From: Rhodanobacter sp.
GTDB taxonomy: Bacteria > Pseudomonadota > Gammaproteobacteria > Xanthomonadales > Rhodanobacteraceae
Length of the DNA: 64,000 bases
NCBI GenBank assembly: GCA_050737735.1
Contig: JBOHYM010000031.1
Span: 18,132 to 82,131 of the forward strand
Direction of reading: 5' to 3'
Shown: one piece after another, positions 10,305-20,262 of the stretch
Numbering within the stretch: position 1 is the stretch's first letter
Layout of the letters: each line of letters starts with the position of its first letter
Position numbers and translations under genes: made by a program
Notes under the pieces: model-generated
What the model was told of the DNA's origin: nothing
The model's input: only the letters and a program-made list of their open reading frames with translations
Database searches by the model: none

Positions 10305-11039
10305 TCAGCGCGTCCGTTTCAGGTCGAGCAGCAGCACGCCGGCGAGTAGCCAGCCCATCGTGCTGAGCAGGAAGTACAGCAGGTCACGCACGTCCAGCAC
10401 ACCGCGCGAGATCGCCTCGAAATGCCGCAGCATCGACAGGTGCGCCACGCCATTGATCAGCTTGCGCGGCACCGTGCCCTGGAAGAAATCCAGCACTTGC
10501 GGTTGCCCGACCAGGATCAGCAGCACGCATACCAGTGCGGTCAGGATGAATGCCACCACCTGGCTGCGGGTCAACGCCGACAGGCAGGCGCCGATCGCGA
10601 TGAAGGTGCCGGCCATCAGCCAGCTGCCGAGGTAGCCGGCCAGGATCACGCCGTTGTCAGGCGAGCCGAGATAGTTGACGGTGATCCAGATCGGAAACGT
10701 CAGCACCAACGCCAGCCCGATGAACAGCCACGCCGCCAGGAACTTGCCCAGCATCGCCTGCCACAGCGTCATCGGCAGGGTCAGCAGCAGCTCCAGCGTG
10801 CCGCCCCGGGTTTCCTCGGCCCACATGCGCATGGTGAGCGCCGGCACCAGGATCAGGTACAGCCACGGATGCATCACGAAGAACGGCTGCAGGTCGGCTT
10901 GCCCGCGCTCGTAGAAATCACCCGCGTAGAACGTGAGGATGCCGGCCAGCACCAGGAAGATGATCAGGAACACATAGGCCACCGGCGTCACGAAATAACT
11001 GCGCAGCTCGCGCCGCATCACCGCGCCTGGCAAGCTCAT
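10305..11039 (-). CDS. ABC-2 permease (GldF-like)
   Basis: RELRSYFVTPVAYVF, MRMWAEETRGGTLELLLTLP. Confidence 0.9.
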   Translation of the reverse strand: MSLPGAVMRRELRSYFVTPVAYVFLIIFLVLAGILTFYAGDFYERGQADLQPFFVMHPWLYLILVPALTMRMWAEETRGGTLELLLTLPMTLWQAMLGKFLAAWLFIGLALVLTFPIWITVNYLGSPDNGVILAGYLGSWLMAGTFIAIGACLSALTRSQVVAFILTALVCVLLILVGQPQVLDFFQGTVPRKLINGVAHLSMLRHFEAISRGVLDVRDLLYFLLSTMGWLLAGVLLLDLKRTR

Positions 11040-11995
11040 GCGCTTGCCTCGCTCGTCGTGTTGGCGTCGCCACCCACGCCGCGAGTGGTGATCTGCCGGA
11101 ACACCTCGTCCAGTCGACCGCGCTCCAGCTGGATCTCCGACACCTCAAGTCCCTGTTCGCGCAGCAGGCGCTCGACCGCTTCGAGGATGCGTTCGCCGGG
11201 TTTCGGGAATGCCGTGATGCGGCCGTCCAGTGGATCGACCTCGATCGACGCCACCTGCGGCAGGCGCCCCAGCATTTCCTGCGACATGCCGCTGCCCGGC
11301 GCGCTGAACGACACCGCACCGTGGTAACGCGAACGCTGTTCCAATTCGGCCGGCGTGGCATCCGCCATCAGCTTGCCATCGGCGATGATCACCACGCGGT
11401 CGCACAACGCGTGCACCTCTTCCAGCAGGTGGGTGGAGATCAGGATCGTACGCTCGCGCGCCATCATGTCGATCAGTTGGCGCACCGCATGCTTCTGGTT
11501 CGGGTCGAGGCCGTCGGTGGGTTCATCCAGCATCAACACCGGTGGATCGTGCAGGATCGCCTGGGCCAGCCCGACACGGCGGCGCAGACCTTTCGACAAA
11601 GTATCGATGCATACCCCCAGCACGTCCTCGAGCTGAAGCCGGTGCACCACTTCGTCAAAGCGGCGGTGGCCGGCCTCCGGCTTGAGTTGGCGCATGCGCA
11701 CGATGAACTGCAGGAACTCCCGCACGGTCAGCTCACCGTAGCTCGGCGCACCTTCCGGCAGATAGCCCAGGGCGCGCTTCGCCTTGATCGGTTCACGCAC
11801 GACGTCGTAACCACAGACCCGCGCCGTGCCCGAAGTGGGGATCAGGAATCCGGCGATCATCCGCATCGCAGTGGACTTGCCGGCACCGTTGGGGCCCAGC
11901 AGGCCAAGCACCTGACCGGGCTCGACGCGCATGCTCAGCGCATCCACCGCAGTCAGGTTGCCATAGCATCGGGTGAGCTGGTCGGTCTCGATCAT
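11036..11995 (-). CDS. ABC transporter ATP-binding protein (GldA-like)
   Basis: Walker A GPNGAGKST, signature LSKG, Walker B LMLDEPT, H-loop STHLL. Confidence 0.93.
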   Translation of the reverse strand: MIETDQLTRCYGNLTAVDALSMRVEPGQVLGLLGPNGAGKSTAMRMIAGFLIPTSGTARVCGYDVVREPIKAKRALGYLPEGAPSYGELTVREFLQFIVRMRQLKPEAGHRRFDEVVHRLQLEDVLGVCIDTLSKGLRRRVGLAQAILHDPPVLMLDEPTDGLDPNQKHAVRQLIDMMARERTILISTHLLEEVHALCDRVVIIADGKLMADATPAELEQRSRYHGAVSFSAPGSGMSQEMLGRLPQVASIEVDPLDGRITAFPKPGERILEAVERLLREQGLEVSEIQLERGRLDEVFRQITTRGVGGDANTTSEASA

Positions 11996-12141
11996 GTCCG
12001 CTGAAAAGCTTCGTGTGGAACGCCGTGGCCGTCGGCGTCGCAGGTTGTCCCGCAATGTACCGCAAGACCTCCGTGGAGTTCGGTTGCGCGCGGTGGATCG
12101 GGTGCTGGCCACCGCCGATAGCGAAATAACAGATAAAGAAA

Positions 12142-12165
12142 AGGCCCTTCCTGTCGGAAGGGCCT
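12142..12165 (-). terminator. Rho-independent terminator
   Basis: 10-bp stem AGGCCCTTCC/GGAAGGGCCT with a U-rich tail on the minus strand, just after the stop at 12197. Confidence 0.8.
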
Positions 12166-12196
12166 GTCGATTTTGCCAGCAGCCTCGTGCTACTGC

Positions 12197-13558
12197 TTAC
12201 TGGGCGGCGCTGGCGGCCGCAGCCGGTGCTGCCGCTGTGCCGGCCGGGGCCGGAGCCGTGCCGGAAGCGGCCGGCGCGGTGTCGAGCGACGGCGGCTGGA
12301 TCCCGGCCTCCTGCTCCGGTGTCTGCGCCGGTGCATTGGTGATCGGCAGGAACACGTTGTACTTGGCGTAGGCGGTGATGTTGCCGCCGGCATCCTTCAC
12401 TTCCGGTGTGGCGATGATGTCGTACGGCCGGTTGACCACGTCGTCGAACGTGTAACCGTGGGTCTGCGCATAGGCCTTGAGCATGTCGCGGGTCAGCGGC
12501 ACACCGGCGAACGTGCCGTTCCAGACACCCTTCAACACTGCGCCGCCGAACGCCATCGTGGCGCGCACATCGTTGTCCACCACCAAGCGGCCGAAGCGGT
12601 CCTTGCTGCCCACCGCGAGCGGGGCACTGGCTGCTGCGGCGCTACTGCTGGCGTCGGCCGGGGCGGACGTGTCCAGCGGGGCCGCGGTCGGCGCGGTCAG
12701 CTGCTCGCTCTGGCCGTTGACGGTCAGCGTGCTGGAGTCGATCGGCAGCGCCACATCGAAGCTGTAGGTCTGGTCACCGTAGTTGGTGGTGAACAGGATG
12801 CGCGGGCCGGTCACGTTCACGCCGAGCTTCTTGGCCGCCGCCTGCAGTTCACCGATGGCCTTGTTGGTGGCATCGTCCAGCCCTTCCAGGCCGTCCTTGC
12901 GTGCGATCGAGGTGGACACCAGCAGCACCGGCGTCGGCTGGGTCTGCTCGATGTACGGGATCAGCGCGCTGTAGTCGACGTTGGCGATGCCGGCCAGCAC
13001 GTTCTGCAGGTTGTTCAGGCTGAACTGGACGAACGCATCGGGATCGCCGTGGATGTACATGCTGGAGAACCGGTTGATCAGGTTCCAGCCGTAGGCCACG
13101 TCATACGACCAGGTGACCTGGGTCAGCTGGCCACGGCTGCCCTGGCGCTCCAGGTCCAGCGTGAAATGCTTGTCCATGCCGCGCCAGTCGTTGTCCAGGT
13201 TCCAGACGATGCTGGCGTTCTTGGTCGTGGGCGATATCTTGTCGAAATCCGGCGTGGCGCTGGCAATCGTCAGGCCGCCGCTACCCACCTTGGGATCGGC
13301 GCTGGTCCAGCTGGTTTCGGCGCCCGGACCGAAGGCCTTGCCGGAAAAACTGAACTGCACCTTCGGATCATACGAGCGCAACACCACGTAGTCGGGCAAC
13401 CGGCGGTAGTTGTCGAGCACATCGTAAACCTGGCGCAGATCCTTGCCGATCACCAGCTGGCGTTCCACATGACCGCTGCCGGGCATGACCACGGCCGCCA
13501 GGACACCGAGTGCAGCAACGATGACCAGGGCAACAAGAAATTCAAGGACACGCATCAT
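12197..13558 (-). CDS. Membrane-anchored SRPBCC (polyketide cyclase-like) domain protein
   Basis: N-terminal TM, SRPBCC-like GHVERQLVI..VYDVLDNYRR, Ala/Pro-rich linker and tail. Confidence 0.7.
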   Translation of the reverse strand: MMRVLEFLVALVIVAALGVLAAVVMPGSGHVERQLVIGKDLRQVYDVLDNYRRLPDYVVLRSYDPKVQFSFSGKAFGPGAETSWTSADPKVGSGGLTIASATPDFDKISPTTKNASIVWNLDNDWRGMDKHFTLDLERQGSRGQLTQVTWSYDVAYGWNLINRFSSMYIHGDPDAFVQFSLNNLQNVLAGIANVDYSALIPYIEQTQPTPVLLVSTSIARKDGLEGLDDATNKAIGELQAAAKKLGVNVTGPRILFTTNYGDQTYSFDVALPIDSSTLTVNGQSEQLTAPTAAPLDTSAPADASSSAAAASAPLAVGSKDRFGRLVVDNDVRATMAFGGAVLKGVWNGTFAGVPLTRDMLKAYAQTHGYTFDDVVNRPYDIIATPEVKDAGGNITAYAKYNVFLPITNAPAQTPEQEAGIQPPSLDTAPAASGTAPAPAGTAAAPAAAASAAQ

Positions 13559-13826
13559 TCCAGAGTTCTCCGAAGCGTCTTTACGCCATACCTAAGGATG
13601 TCGCCCCAGTCGCCGCACGCACCTGCCCGAAGGGTCGTTCCGAGGGCCATGAAAGGGGGTCGGCAAACGCCGAAGCTACGGATGTTACTTGCTCGCGGGC
13701 TGGAACGCTATCCGCCGGTGCGAGCGTATCTGGAAGGCCAAAAAGCGGGGCATGGCAGGCCCTACATGCTGCATGCAGCGCGCCCGCAACGCCAGCGGGC
13801 GCAGCTGCCACCGGCCCGGGTGTGGC

Positions 13827-14468
13827 TCAGACGATGCCCATCTCCAGCGCCTTCAGCACGGCACGGGTACGGTCGCGCACGCCCAGTTTGGAAAGGATGT
13901 TGGAAACATGGTTTTTCACGGTCCCTTCGGCCACTTTCAACGAGTTGGCGATTTCCTTGTTGCTGTAGCCGCCTGACAGCAGGCGCAAGATCTCGGTCTC
14001 ACGCTCGGTCAGCGGATCGGGCTGCTCCAGGCTGGTGAAATGGTTCTGCATCCGCGCAACACCTGCCATCAGGCGCTGGGTGACCATCGGCGCCACCAGC
14101 GAGCCGCCGCCGGCGACGGTGCGTACCGCCTCCACCAACTGCTCCAGCGAAACATCCTTCAGCAGATAGCCGCGTGCGCCGGCCTTGAGGCCCTGCAGCA
14201 CCAGCTGGTCATCGTCGAAGGTGGTGAGGATGATGGTCGGCGGCAGCTCGTTGCGCACCGACAGTGCTTGCAGCACCTCCAGCCCGCTCATGTTCGGCAT
14301 GCGCAGATCCAGCAGCACCACATCGGGCTTGATCCGCGGGATGTCCTGCACCGCCTGCGCCCCATCGGCGCATTCGGCCACCACGCGGATATCTTCCGCC
14401 AGATCCAGCAGCGAGCGGACCCCCTGGCGCACCAGATTCTGGTCGTCGACGAGACAAACGGAGATCAT
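13827..14468 (-). CDS. NarL/LuxR-family response regulator
   Basis: REC domain (LVDD, LLDLRMP, GYLLKD) plus LuxR HTH (LTERETEIL, TVKNHVSNILSKL). Confidence 0.95.
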   Translation of the reverse strand: MISVCLVDDQNLVRQGVRSLLDLAEDIRVVAECADGAQAVQDIPRIKPDVVLLDLRMPNMSGLEVLQALSVRNELPPTIILTTFDDDQLVLQGLKAGARGYLLKDVSLEQLVEAVRTVAGGGSLVAPMVTQRLMAGVARMQNHFTSLEQPDPLTERETEILRLLSGGYSNKEIANSLKVAEGTVKNHVSNILSKLGVRDRTRAVLKALEMGIV

Positions 14469-14567
14469 CGCGAATCCTCGGAGAAACGTGACTCAGGGAC
14501 GGCCCGGAAACCGGCCTGGCAGCGAAGGCGCATTCTGCCACGCCCACGCCCGGGTGAACCGCCAACA

Positions 14568-15842
14568 TTACGACACATTCAGTGCGGGCGGTTCAAATCG
14601 TGATGGCGCGTGCGCCAGCGCGGCGTGCTCGCCCAGTGGCAGCCGCACGGTCAGCGCAAAGCCCTGGCTCAGACCGGTGTCCAGCGTCACGCTGCCACCA
14701 AATTCGGCCAGCCGCTCGCGCATGCCGGACAGCCCATTGCCTGGCTCGACCTGCTCGGCACCGCGACCATCGTCACGTGCATGCAGGCCCAGCAGGCTTT
14801 CCCCGGCATAGGCAAAATTCAGCCACAGGTTGCGCGCACCGGCATGCTTGGCCGTATTGGTGATGATTTCCTGCGCGCAGCGCAGCAGTACCTGCGCGCG
14901 GCGCGGATCCTCCACGCTGAAACGTGGCGGCATCACCACGTGCACGTTCAGGCCGGGCACCCCCTCGGTCAGGCTGCGCAGCGCCTGGGTCAGGTCGATC
15001 GCATCGTCCTGGCGCAATTCGCTGACCACCTCGCGTACATCGGCGAGCAGCAGCCGTGCCGTGCTCTGCGCCTTGCGCACATGGGCGCCGGCAGCCTCGT
15101 TGGTGAGGTGACTGGCCACTTCCAGATTCAGACTCAGCGCGGTCAGGTGATGCCCGATCAGGTCGTGCAGGTCGCGCGCAATGCGCATGCGCTCGGCAAT
15201 GCGGCTGGACTCGGCCAGCAGCGCGCGGGTGGCGCGCAGCTCGGAATTCAGCCGGCGCTGAGCCTCGCGCTGGTCGGCCTGCTGGCTGGCCACCGTCGAG
15301 GTGATGAACACCAGCACCGAGATGCCCAGATAGATGCTGGCCTGGATGAAGCCCACGGCAATGCTGTGATCGTATTCGGGAAAGGTGGCAAAGATCGCGA
15401 CCAGGCTCAGGTGCTGCAACACCAGCCAGAACACCGCCAGCCAGAACGGCAGAAGCCACGGCAGCACCAGCGAAGCGACCACCATCAGCATCGCCGACAG
15501 GCCGCTGTGGCTGTACCAGCCCACCGCCACCGCCGCCGCCGTCATCAGGGCCAGCCCCAGCAGTTTCAGCCCCGGATAACGACGCGAACCGAGGTTGCTG
15601 GTCAGTAGCCAGTACATCAGGCCGAACACCAGATAGCAGAGTGTCCACAGCAACAGCGAGAAATTCGGGCGATGCAGTTGATCGAGCCGTTCAGTGGCCC
15701 AGTTGGTGACCAGCGGCGTGCCGGCCGACAGGTAGGTGAAGAAGCCCGCATAGCGGAGCAGACGGATGTGATTGAAAAATGGCCAGCGCATGCCGGGCAT
15801 CATTGGGCGTGCGCCGTTTTCGCGCAATGCGCGAGAAGTCAT
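14568..15842 (-). CDS. HisKA_3 sensor histidine kinase
   Basis: Several TM helices; ERMRIARDLHDLIGHHL H-box, EIITNTAKHA, DDGRG, GNGLSGMRER. Exact start codon uncertain. Confidence 0.93.
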   Translation of the reverse strand: MTSRALRENGARPMMPGMRWPFFNHIRLLRYAGFFTYLSAGTPLVTNWATERLDQLHRPNFSLLLWTLCYLVFGLMYWLLTSNLGSRRYPGLKLLGLALMTAAAVAVGWYSHSGLSAMLMVVASLVLPWLLPFWLAVFWLVLQHLSLVAIFATFPEYDHSIAVGFIQASIYLGISVLVFITSTVASQQADQREAQRRLNSELRATRALLAESSRIAERMRIARDLHDLIGHHLTALSLNLEVASHLTNEAAGAHVRKAQSTARLLLADVREVVSELRQDDAIDLTQALRSLTEGVPGLNVHVVMPPRFSVEDPRRAQVLLRCAQEIITNTAKHAGARNLWLNFAYAGESLLGLHARDDGRGAEQVEPGNGLSGMRERLAEFGGSVTLDTGLSQGFALTVRLPLGEHAALAHAPSRFEPPALNVS

Positions 15843-15994
15843 GGATGGCCGCGGCGACTCGCAACATCACTTTACGAAGCCTTTACATGTGCCCTTGCGA
15901 GATGTACCGGCACCGGCCGCATGCCATAATGCGCCTATTGTGAGGTCGACTCGTCGGCCTTGGTTCCTGTATCCATTTCATTGCGGAGCAACGA

Positions 15995-16615
15995 ATGGCC
16001 CTTGCCATCCGCGACGTGCGCGAGCACGACCTGGATGCCGTGCTGGCGCTCAACAACGCCGCCGGCCGCTCCATCCTCGCCCTCGACGCCACCCGGCTAC
16101 ACTATTTCTACGAACACGCCGACTACTTCCGCGTGGCCGAGATCGACGGTCATCTGGCCGGATTCCTGATCGCGCTGCGCGAGGGTGGGGATTATGAAAG
16201 CCCCAACTATCGCTGGTTCGCCGCGCACTACCCGCAGTTCGTCTACATCGACCGCATCGTGATCGCGAATGCCTATCGCCGGCATGGGCTCGGCCGCATC
16301 TTCTATTGCGACGTGCACAGCTACGCCGAGGTACGTGTACCGCTACTCACCTGCGAGGTGTTCCTGGAGCCACGCGACGACGTGGTGGTGCTGTTCCACG
16401 GCACCTACGGTTTCCAGGAAGTCGGCCAGCAACGCATGGGCGAACACGGCCCCAACGTCAGCCTGCTGGCCAGGGACCTGCCCAGCTACGCCTATGTGCG
16501 CGACACCTGGCTCGAACACGGCGGCCTGCCGGACGTCCCCTGGCTGGCCGAGCGGGATCGCCCTTCCCTGCATGACAGCAACCCGCGCCGCCTCGCCGGG
16601 GAGCGGCGTCCATGA
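15995..16615 (+). CDS. GNAT family N-acetyltransferase
   Basis: YIDRIVIANAYRRHGLGR acetyl-CoA-binding motif; stop overlaps minC start. Confidence 0.85.
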   Translation: MALAIRDVREHDLDAVLALNNAAGRSILALDATRLHYFYEHADYFRVAEIDGHLAGFLIALREGGDYESPNYRWFAAHYPQFVYIDRIVIANAYRRHGLGRIFYCDVHSYAEVRVPLLTCEVFLEPRDDVVVLFHGTYGFQEVGQQRMGEHGPNVSLLARDLPSYAYVRDTWLEHGGLPDVPWLAERDRPSLHDSNPRRLAGERRP

Positions 16616-17382
16616 ATGCAAAGATGGAGACAACCGACGCCTGCGACCTGCGCTTCGGCCAGGTCGGTATTGCCTGCGTGCGCGTGCGCCGGGTCGACGC
16701 TGCCGCGCTATGCGACGAACTGGAACGACGCGTGCGCGCCGCGCCACAGATGTTTTCCCGCGCGGCGGTGGTGCTGGACCTGAGCCACCTGCTCGACCTG
16801 CCGGACGATGGCAGCGTCGACGCGCTGCTCGAGGCCGTGCGCAGTGCCGGCATGCTGCCGGTCGGCCTGGCCTACGGCACCAGCGAAACCGAGGCACTGG
16901 CCAGGCGCATGGGGTTGCCGTTGATTGCGAAATTCCGCGCCGCCTACGAACCGGTCAATGGCGCTCAGGTCGCTGCCGAGCCGGCTCCGCGCGCCGAGCC
17001 AGCGGCACCGGTTCAGCGCGAACCGATCCTGTCCGCACCGGCACCCGGCAGCATGCAGGGTGCCCAGCATCACGCCGGCTCGGTGCGCTCGGGCCAGCAG
17101 ATCTATGCGCGCGATCGCGACCTGATCGTCACCGGCACCATCGCCAATGGCGCCGAAGTGATCGCCGACGGCAATATCCACATCTACGGCGGCCTGCGCG
17201 GCCGCGCCATGGCCGGGGCGCAGGGCGACGAGAAGGCGCGCATCTTCGTCTCCGATTTCCGTGCCGAACTGGTGGCGATCGCCGGCCACTATCGCGTGTT
17301 CGAACAAATTCCTGACGACCTCGAAGGCCAGTCCGTGCAATGCTGGCTCGAAGGCGAAAAATTGCTGATCGCCAAGCTGTGA
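16612..17382 (+). CDS. minC: Septum site-determining protein MinC
   Basis: VRSGQQIYA, GAEVIADGNIHIYGGLRGRAMAG, AELVAIAG. Confidence 0.96.
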   Translation: MNAKMETTDACDLRFGQVGIACVRVRRVDAAALCDELERRVRAAPQMFSRAAVVLDLSHLLDLPDDGSVDALLEAVRSAGMLPVGLAYGTSETEALARRMGLPLIAKFRAAYEPVNGAQVAAEPAPRAEPAAPVQREPILSAPAPGSMQGAQHHAGSVRSGQQIYARDRDLIVTGTIANGAEVIADGNIHIYGGLRGRAMAGAQGDEKARIFVSDFRAELVAIAGHYRVFEQIPDDLEGQSVQCWLEGEKLLIAKL

Positions 17383-17427
17383 TCAGCGACAACAACGACA
17401 ACAAGAACTACACCGGGAGATGGGCCA

Positions 17428-18243
17428 TTGACTGCTGAGATTATCGTTGTCACCTCCGGCAAAGGCGGCGTCGGCAAGACGACGACCAGCGCCTCGCTCG
17501 CCACCGGCCTGGCGATGGCCGGCAAGAAAGTCGCCGTGATCGACTTTGACGTGGGCCTGCGCAACCTCGACCTGATCATGGGCTGCGAGCGGCGCGTGGT
17601 GTACGACTTCGTCAACGTCGTGAACGGCGAGGCCACGCTGAAACAATCGCTGATCAAGGACAAGCGCCACGACAACCTGTATGTGCTGGCCGCCAGCCAG
17701 ACCCGCGACAAGGACGCGCTGACCCAGGAAGGCGTCGAGAAGGTACTCGACGGCCTGTCCGAGGACGGCTTCGACTACGTCGTGTGCGATTCACCGGCCG
17801 GCATCGAGAAAGGCGCGCACCTGGCGATGTACTTCGCCGATCACGCGGTCGTGGTGGTCAACCCGGAAGTGTCCTCCGTACGCGACTCGGACCGCATCCT
17901 GGGCCTGCTCGCCAGCAAGACCCGGCGTGCCGAAAAGGGTGAAGGCCCGGTCACCCAGCACCTGCTGCTGACCCGCTACAACCCGGCCCGCGTCGCCATC
18001 GGTGAAATGCTCAGCGTGAAGGATGTCGAGGAAATCCTCGGCATCGAGGTGGTCGGCGTGATCCCCGAATCGGAGAACGTGCTGACCGCATCCAACAACG
18101 GCATCCCGGTGATCGTCGATGCCAATTCACATGCCGGTCAGGCGTACAGCGACACGGTGGCCCGCATTCTGGGCGAAGAGCGCCCCCTGCGCTTCATCGA
18201 CGTGCCCAAGAAGGGCTTTCTACAGCGCGTGTTCGGAGGTTGA
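17428..18243 (+). CDS. minD: Septum site-determining protein MinD
   Basis: TSGKGGVGKTT, DFDVGLRNLDLIMG, C-terminal amphipathic KKGFLQRVFGG; TTG start with SD GGGAGA. Confidence 0.97.
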   Translation: MTAEIIVVTSGKGGVGKTTTSASLATGLAMAGKKVAVIDFDVGLRNLDLIMGCERRVVYDFVNVVNGEATLKQSLIKDKRHDNLYVLAASQTRDKDALTQEGVEKVLDGLSEDGFDYVVCDSPAGIEKGAHLAMYFADHAVVVVNPEVSSVRDSDRILGLLASKTRRAEKGEGPVTQHLLLTRYNPARVAIGEMLSVKDVEEILGIEVVGVIPESENVLTASNNGIPVIVDANSHAGQAYSDTVARILGEERPLRFIDVPKKGFLQRVFGG

Positions 18244-18248
18244 TCACG

Positions 18249-18515
18249 ATGGGCATTCTCGATTTCCTGAAGCGCAAGCCGGAGGCCACCGCCACCGTGG
18301 CGAGGGAGCGCCTGCGCATCATCGTGGCGCAGGAGCGCTCCACCCGCGGCGCACCGGACTATCTGCCGATGATGCGCAACGAGTTGCTCGAAGTGATCAA
18401 GAAATACGTCCACGTCGACATCGAGGCGATCAACATCAATGTCGAGCGCGACAGTGGCCACGAGATCCTCGAACTTTCGGTCGCCCTGCCGGACGGCAAG
18501 TCGATAACGGTGTAA
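18249..18515 (+). CDS. minE: Cell division topological specificity factor MinE
   Basis: ARERLRIIVAQER, DYLPMMRNELLEVIKKY. Confidence 0.96.
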   Translation: MGILDFLKRKPEATATVARERLRIIVAQERSTRGAPDYLPMMRNELLEVIKKYVHVDIEAININVERDSGHEILELSVALPDGKSITV

Positions 18516-18615
18516 CCCGCTCCGTACCAAGCCGGAACCGATCGGGTTTCGGTGATTTTTCGCTGGGCGATCGTGCATCGCCCAGCGCCCGCCACCCGAT
18601 CTGCGCCGTGCGCGC

Positions 18616-19119
18616 ATGCGCATGCATTCACCAACCATCCCCATCGATGAATCCAGTGATCCGGCCAACGGCGTCCTGCGCCTCAGCCAGATCGGCTTCG
18701 ACGCGCCCGCCGCCCTGCTGGCCCGCTTCGACCTGCAACTGCGGCGCGTGGAACCCGGTGAACCGATTCCCGGCAGCTTCTGGGGTGACGAGGAAGCCGG
18801 CATCATCGGCAACACCGTCCATGCCCGCGACGACACTCCGGTGCACTCGCTGCTGCACGAGGCCTGCCACCTGATCGTGCTGCCAGCGGAAAGACGTCTG
18901 GACGTCCATACCGACGCGACCGACTCGATCGAGGAAGAGGACGCCACCTGCTACCTGCAGATCGTGCTGGCCGACGAACTCCCCGGTGTGGGGCGCGACC
19001 GGCTGATGAGCGACATGGACGCGTGGGGCTATTCGTTCCGGCTCGGCTCGGCCCGTGCCTGGTTCGAGCAAGACGCAGTCGATGCCATGGAATTCCTGAA
19101 AGCACGCGACCTGATCTGA
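18616..19119 (+). CDS. Hypothetical protein with HExxH motif
   Basis: IPGSFWG, LLHEACH, GYSFRLGSA; normal codon usage. Confidence 0.75.
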   Translation: MRMHSPTIPIDESSDPANGVLRLSQIGFDAPAALLARFDLQLRRVEPGEPIPGSFWGDEEAGIIGNTVHARDDTPVHSLLHEACHLIVLPAERRLDVHTDATDSIEEEDATCYLQIVLADELPGVGRDRLMSDMDAWGYSFRLGSARAWFEQDAVDAMEFLKARDLI

Positions 19120-19142
19120 GTTGTTAAGCGACGCGGCGCCGT

Positions 19143-19757
19143 TCAGCGCCGCGATACGTGCGGATCGCCCGGCACGTACCAGCGCCAGGGCTTGTCGATT
19201 GCGCGGGTGATGCCCACGCGCGTCGTGACCACCGGCGCGGCCGGCGGCGGCATGCCGTCGTCGACGATGCTGAAACCATCGGCACCACTGACCAGATCGA
19301 TGCCGTCCTGCGCACCATCGATGCCCATCGCCTGGCACAACCGCGCCGGCCCGCGACACAGGTCGCGATCGTTTCGGCAGGACGGCCGTGCCGCACGCAT
19401 CGCGGCGAGCCCGCCGAGCGGTGCCAGCGCCCGCAGCAGCACCGCGGTACCGCCGCCCGCTTCGCTGCACACCGGGTTGCAGCACCAGTGCATGCCATAG
19501 GTGAAGTACACATAGAGCAGGCCCGGCTCGCCGAACATCGTCGCATTGCGCGCACTCCTGCCGCGCCAGGAATGCGCCGCCGGATCCAGTACGCCGCAAT
19601 ACGCTTCGGTTTCCACGATGCGCCCGCTGCGACCGTCCGCATTGACGAGGACCTTGTTCAACAGGGCGACCGCGACCTCACGCGGATCGTGCCGGTAAAA
19701 CGCGCGGTCGAGCACGGCATGCCCATCCGGCACGACCACGGGTGGCACCGCCTTCAT
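19143..19757 (-). CDS. DNA-3-methyladenine glycosylase (MPG/AAG family)
   Basis: GRIVETEAY, YVYFTYGMHWC, AVLLRA, GPARLCQAMGI, RVGI, WRWY; ATGA overlap with the upstream remnant. Confidence 0.93.
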   Translation of the reverse strand: MKAVPPVVVPDGHAVLDRAFYRHDPREVAVALLNKVLVNADGRSGRIVETEAYCGVLDPAAHSWRGRSARNATMFGEPGLLYVYFTYGMHWCCNPVCSEAGGGTAVLLRALAPLGGLAAMRAARPSCRNDRDLCRGPARLCQAMGIDGAQDGIDLVSGADGFSIVDDGMPPPAAPVVTTRVGITRAIDKPWRWYVPGDPHVSRR

Positions 19758-20071
19758 GCCGGCTCGAACAGCTGCTGTGCATCCGGATGGCTGAAGCTGG
19801 ATGCCAGGCAGCCGAAGCGAGCGCTCTCGCGCAACTCCTGTGCGGCATGATCGAGCGCTCCCAGCGCGATCGTAGCCAGTGGTGCCCGCTCGCCATTGGC
19901 ATAGCCGAGCGACCAGGCCACGCCGCCGCTGGTGGTGGCCACCGCCGCGAACCCGCGCAGTGCAAGCAGTCGCGCGCTGCCCGCGTCCCACGCATTCGGC
20001 AGCAGCACCGACGCGCGGTCGTGCATCCTGTGGAAAGCCTGCGCCCGGTCGATCTGCGTCTGCATGTCCAT
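19754..20071 (-). pseudogene. Internally deleted isocitrate lyase/PEP mutase family gene
   Basis: Family N-terminus (LPNAWDAGSARLL..FAAVATTSGGVAWSLGYANGE) joined in frame to a C-terminal-like segment (ALGALDHAAQELRES..); only about 105 aa versus the usual 250-290 aa. Confidence 0.7.
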
Positions 20072-20262
20072 GCCGTTATCCACTTTCGGTGGCGATGACC
20101 AGCCTGCAGCGTACGCCGCTTGCGTTTCGCACGGAAACGGCCGAAGAATGACTGCGTGGCCACCGCTGTCACTGGCATGTCGGGCCCGACACTGGCCGGC
20201 GTGTCGCCAGCGTCCTAGAGTTCCTTCCGGCGCCCCCTGACCACGTCATGCTGGAGAGCATC

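Noticed and set aside
13640-13690. c-di-GMP-I riboswitch-like words (GAAAGGGG, GGCAAAC, GCTACGG)
   Set aside because: The elements are out of order relative to the consensus and lie on the + strand, where no gene follows.
15870-15886. CTTTAC direct repeat (11-bp period) upstream of the kinase/regulator pair
   Set aside because: Only 6 bp long, and NarL-type regulators do not typically use this geometry; it could be chance.
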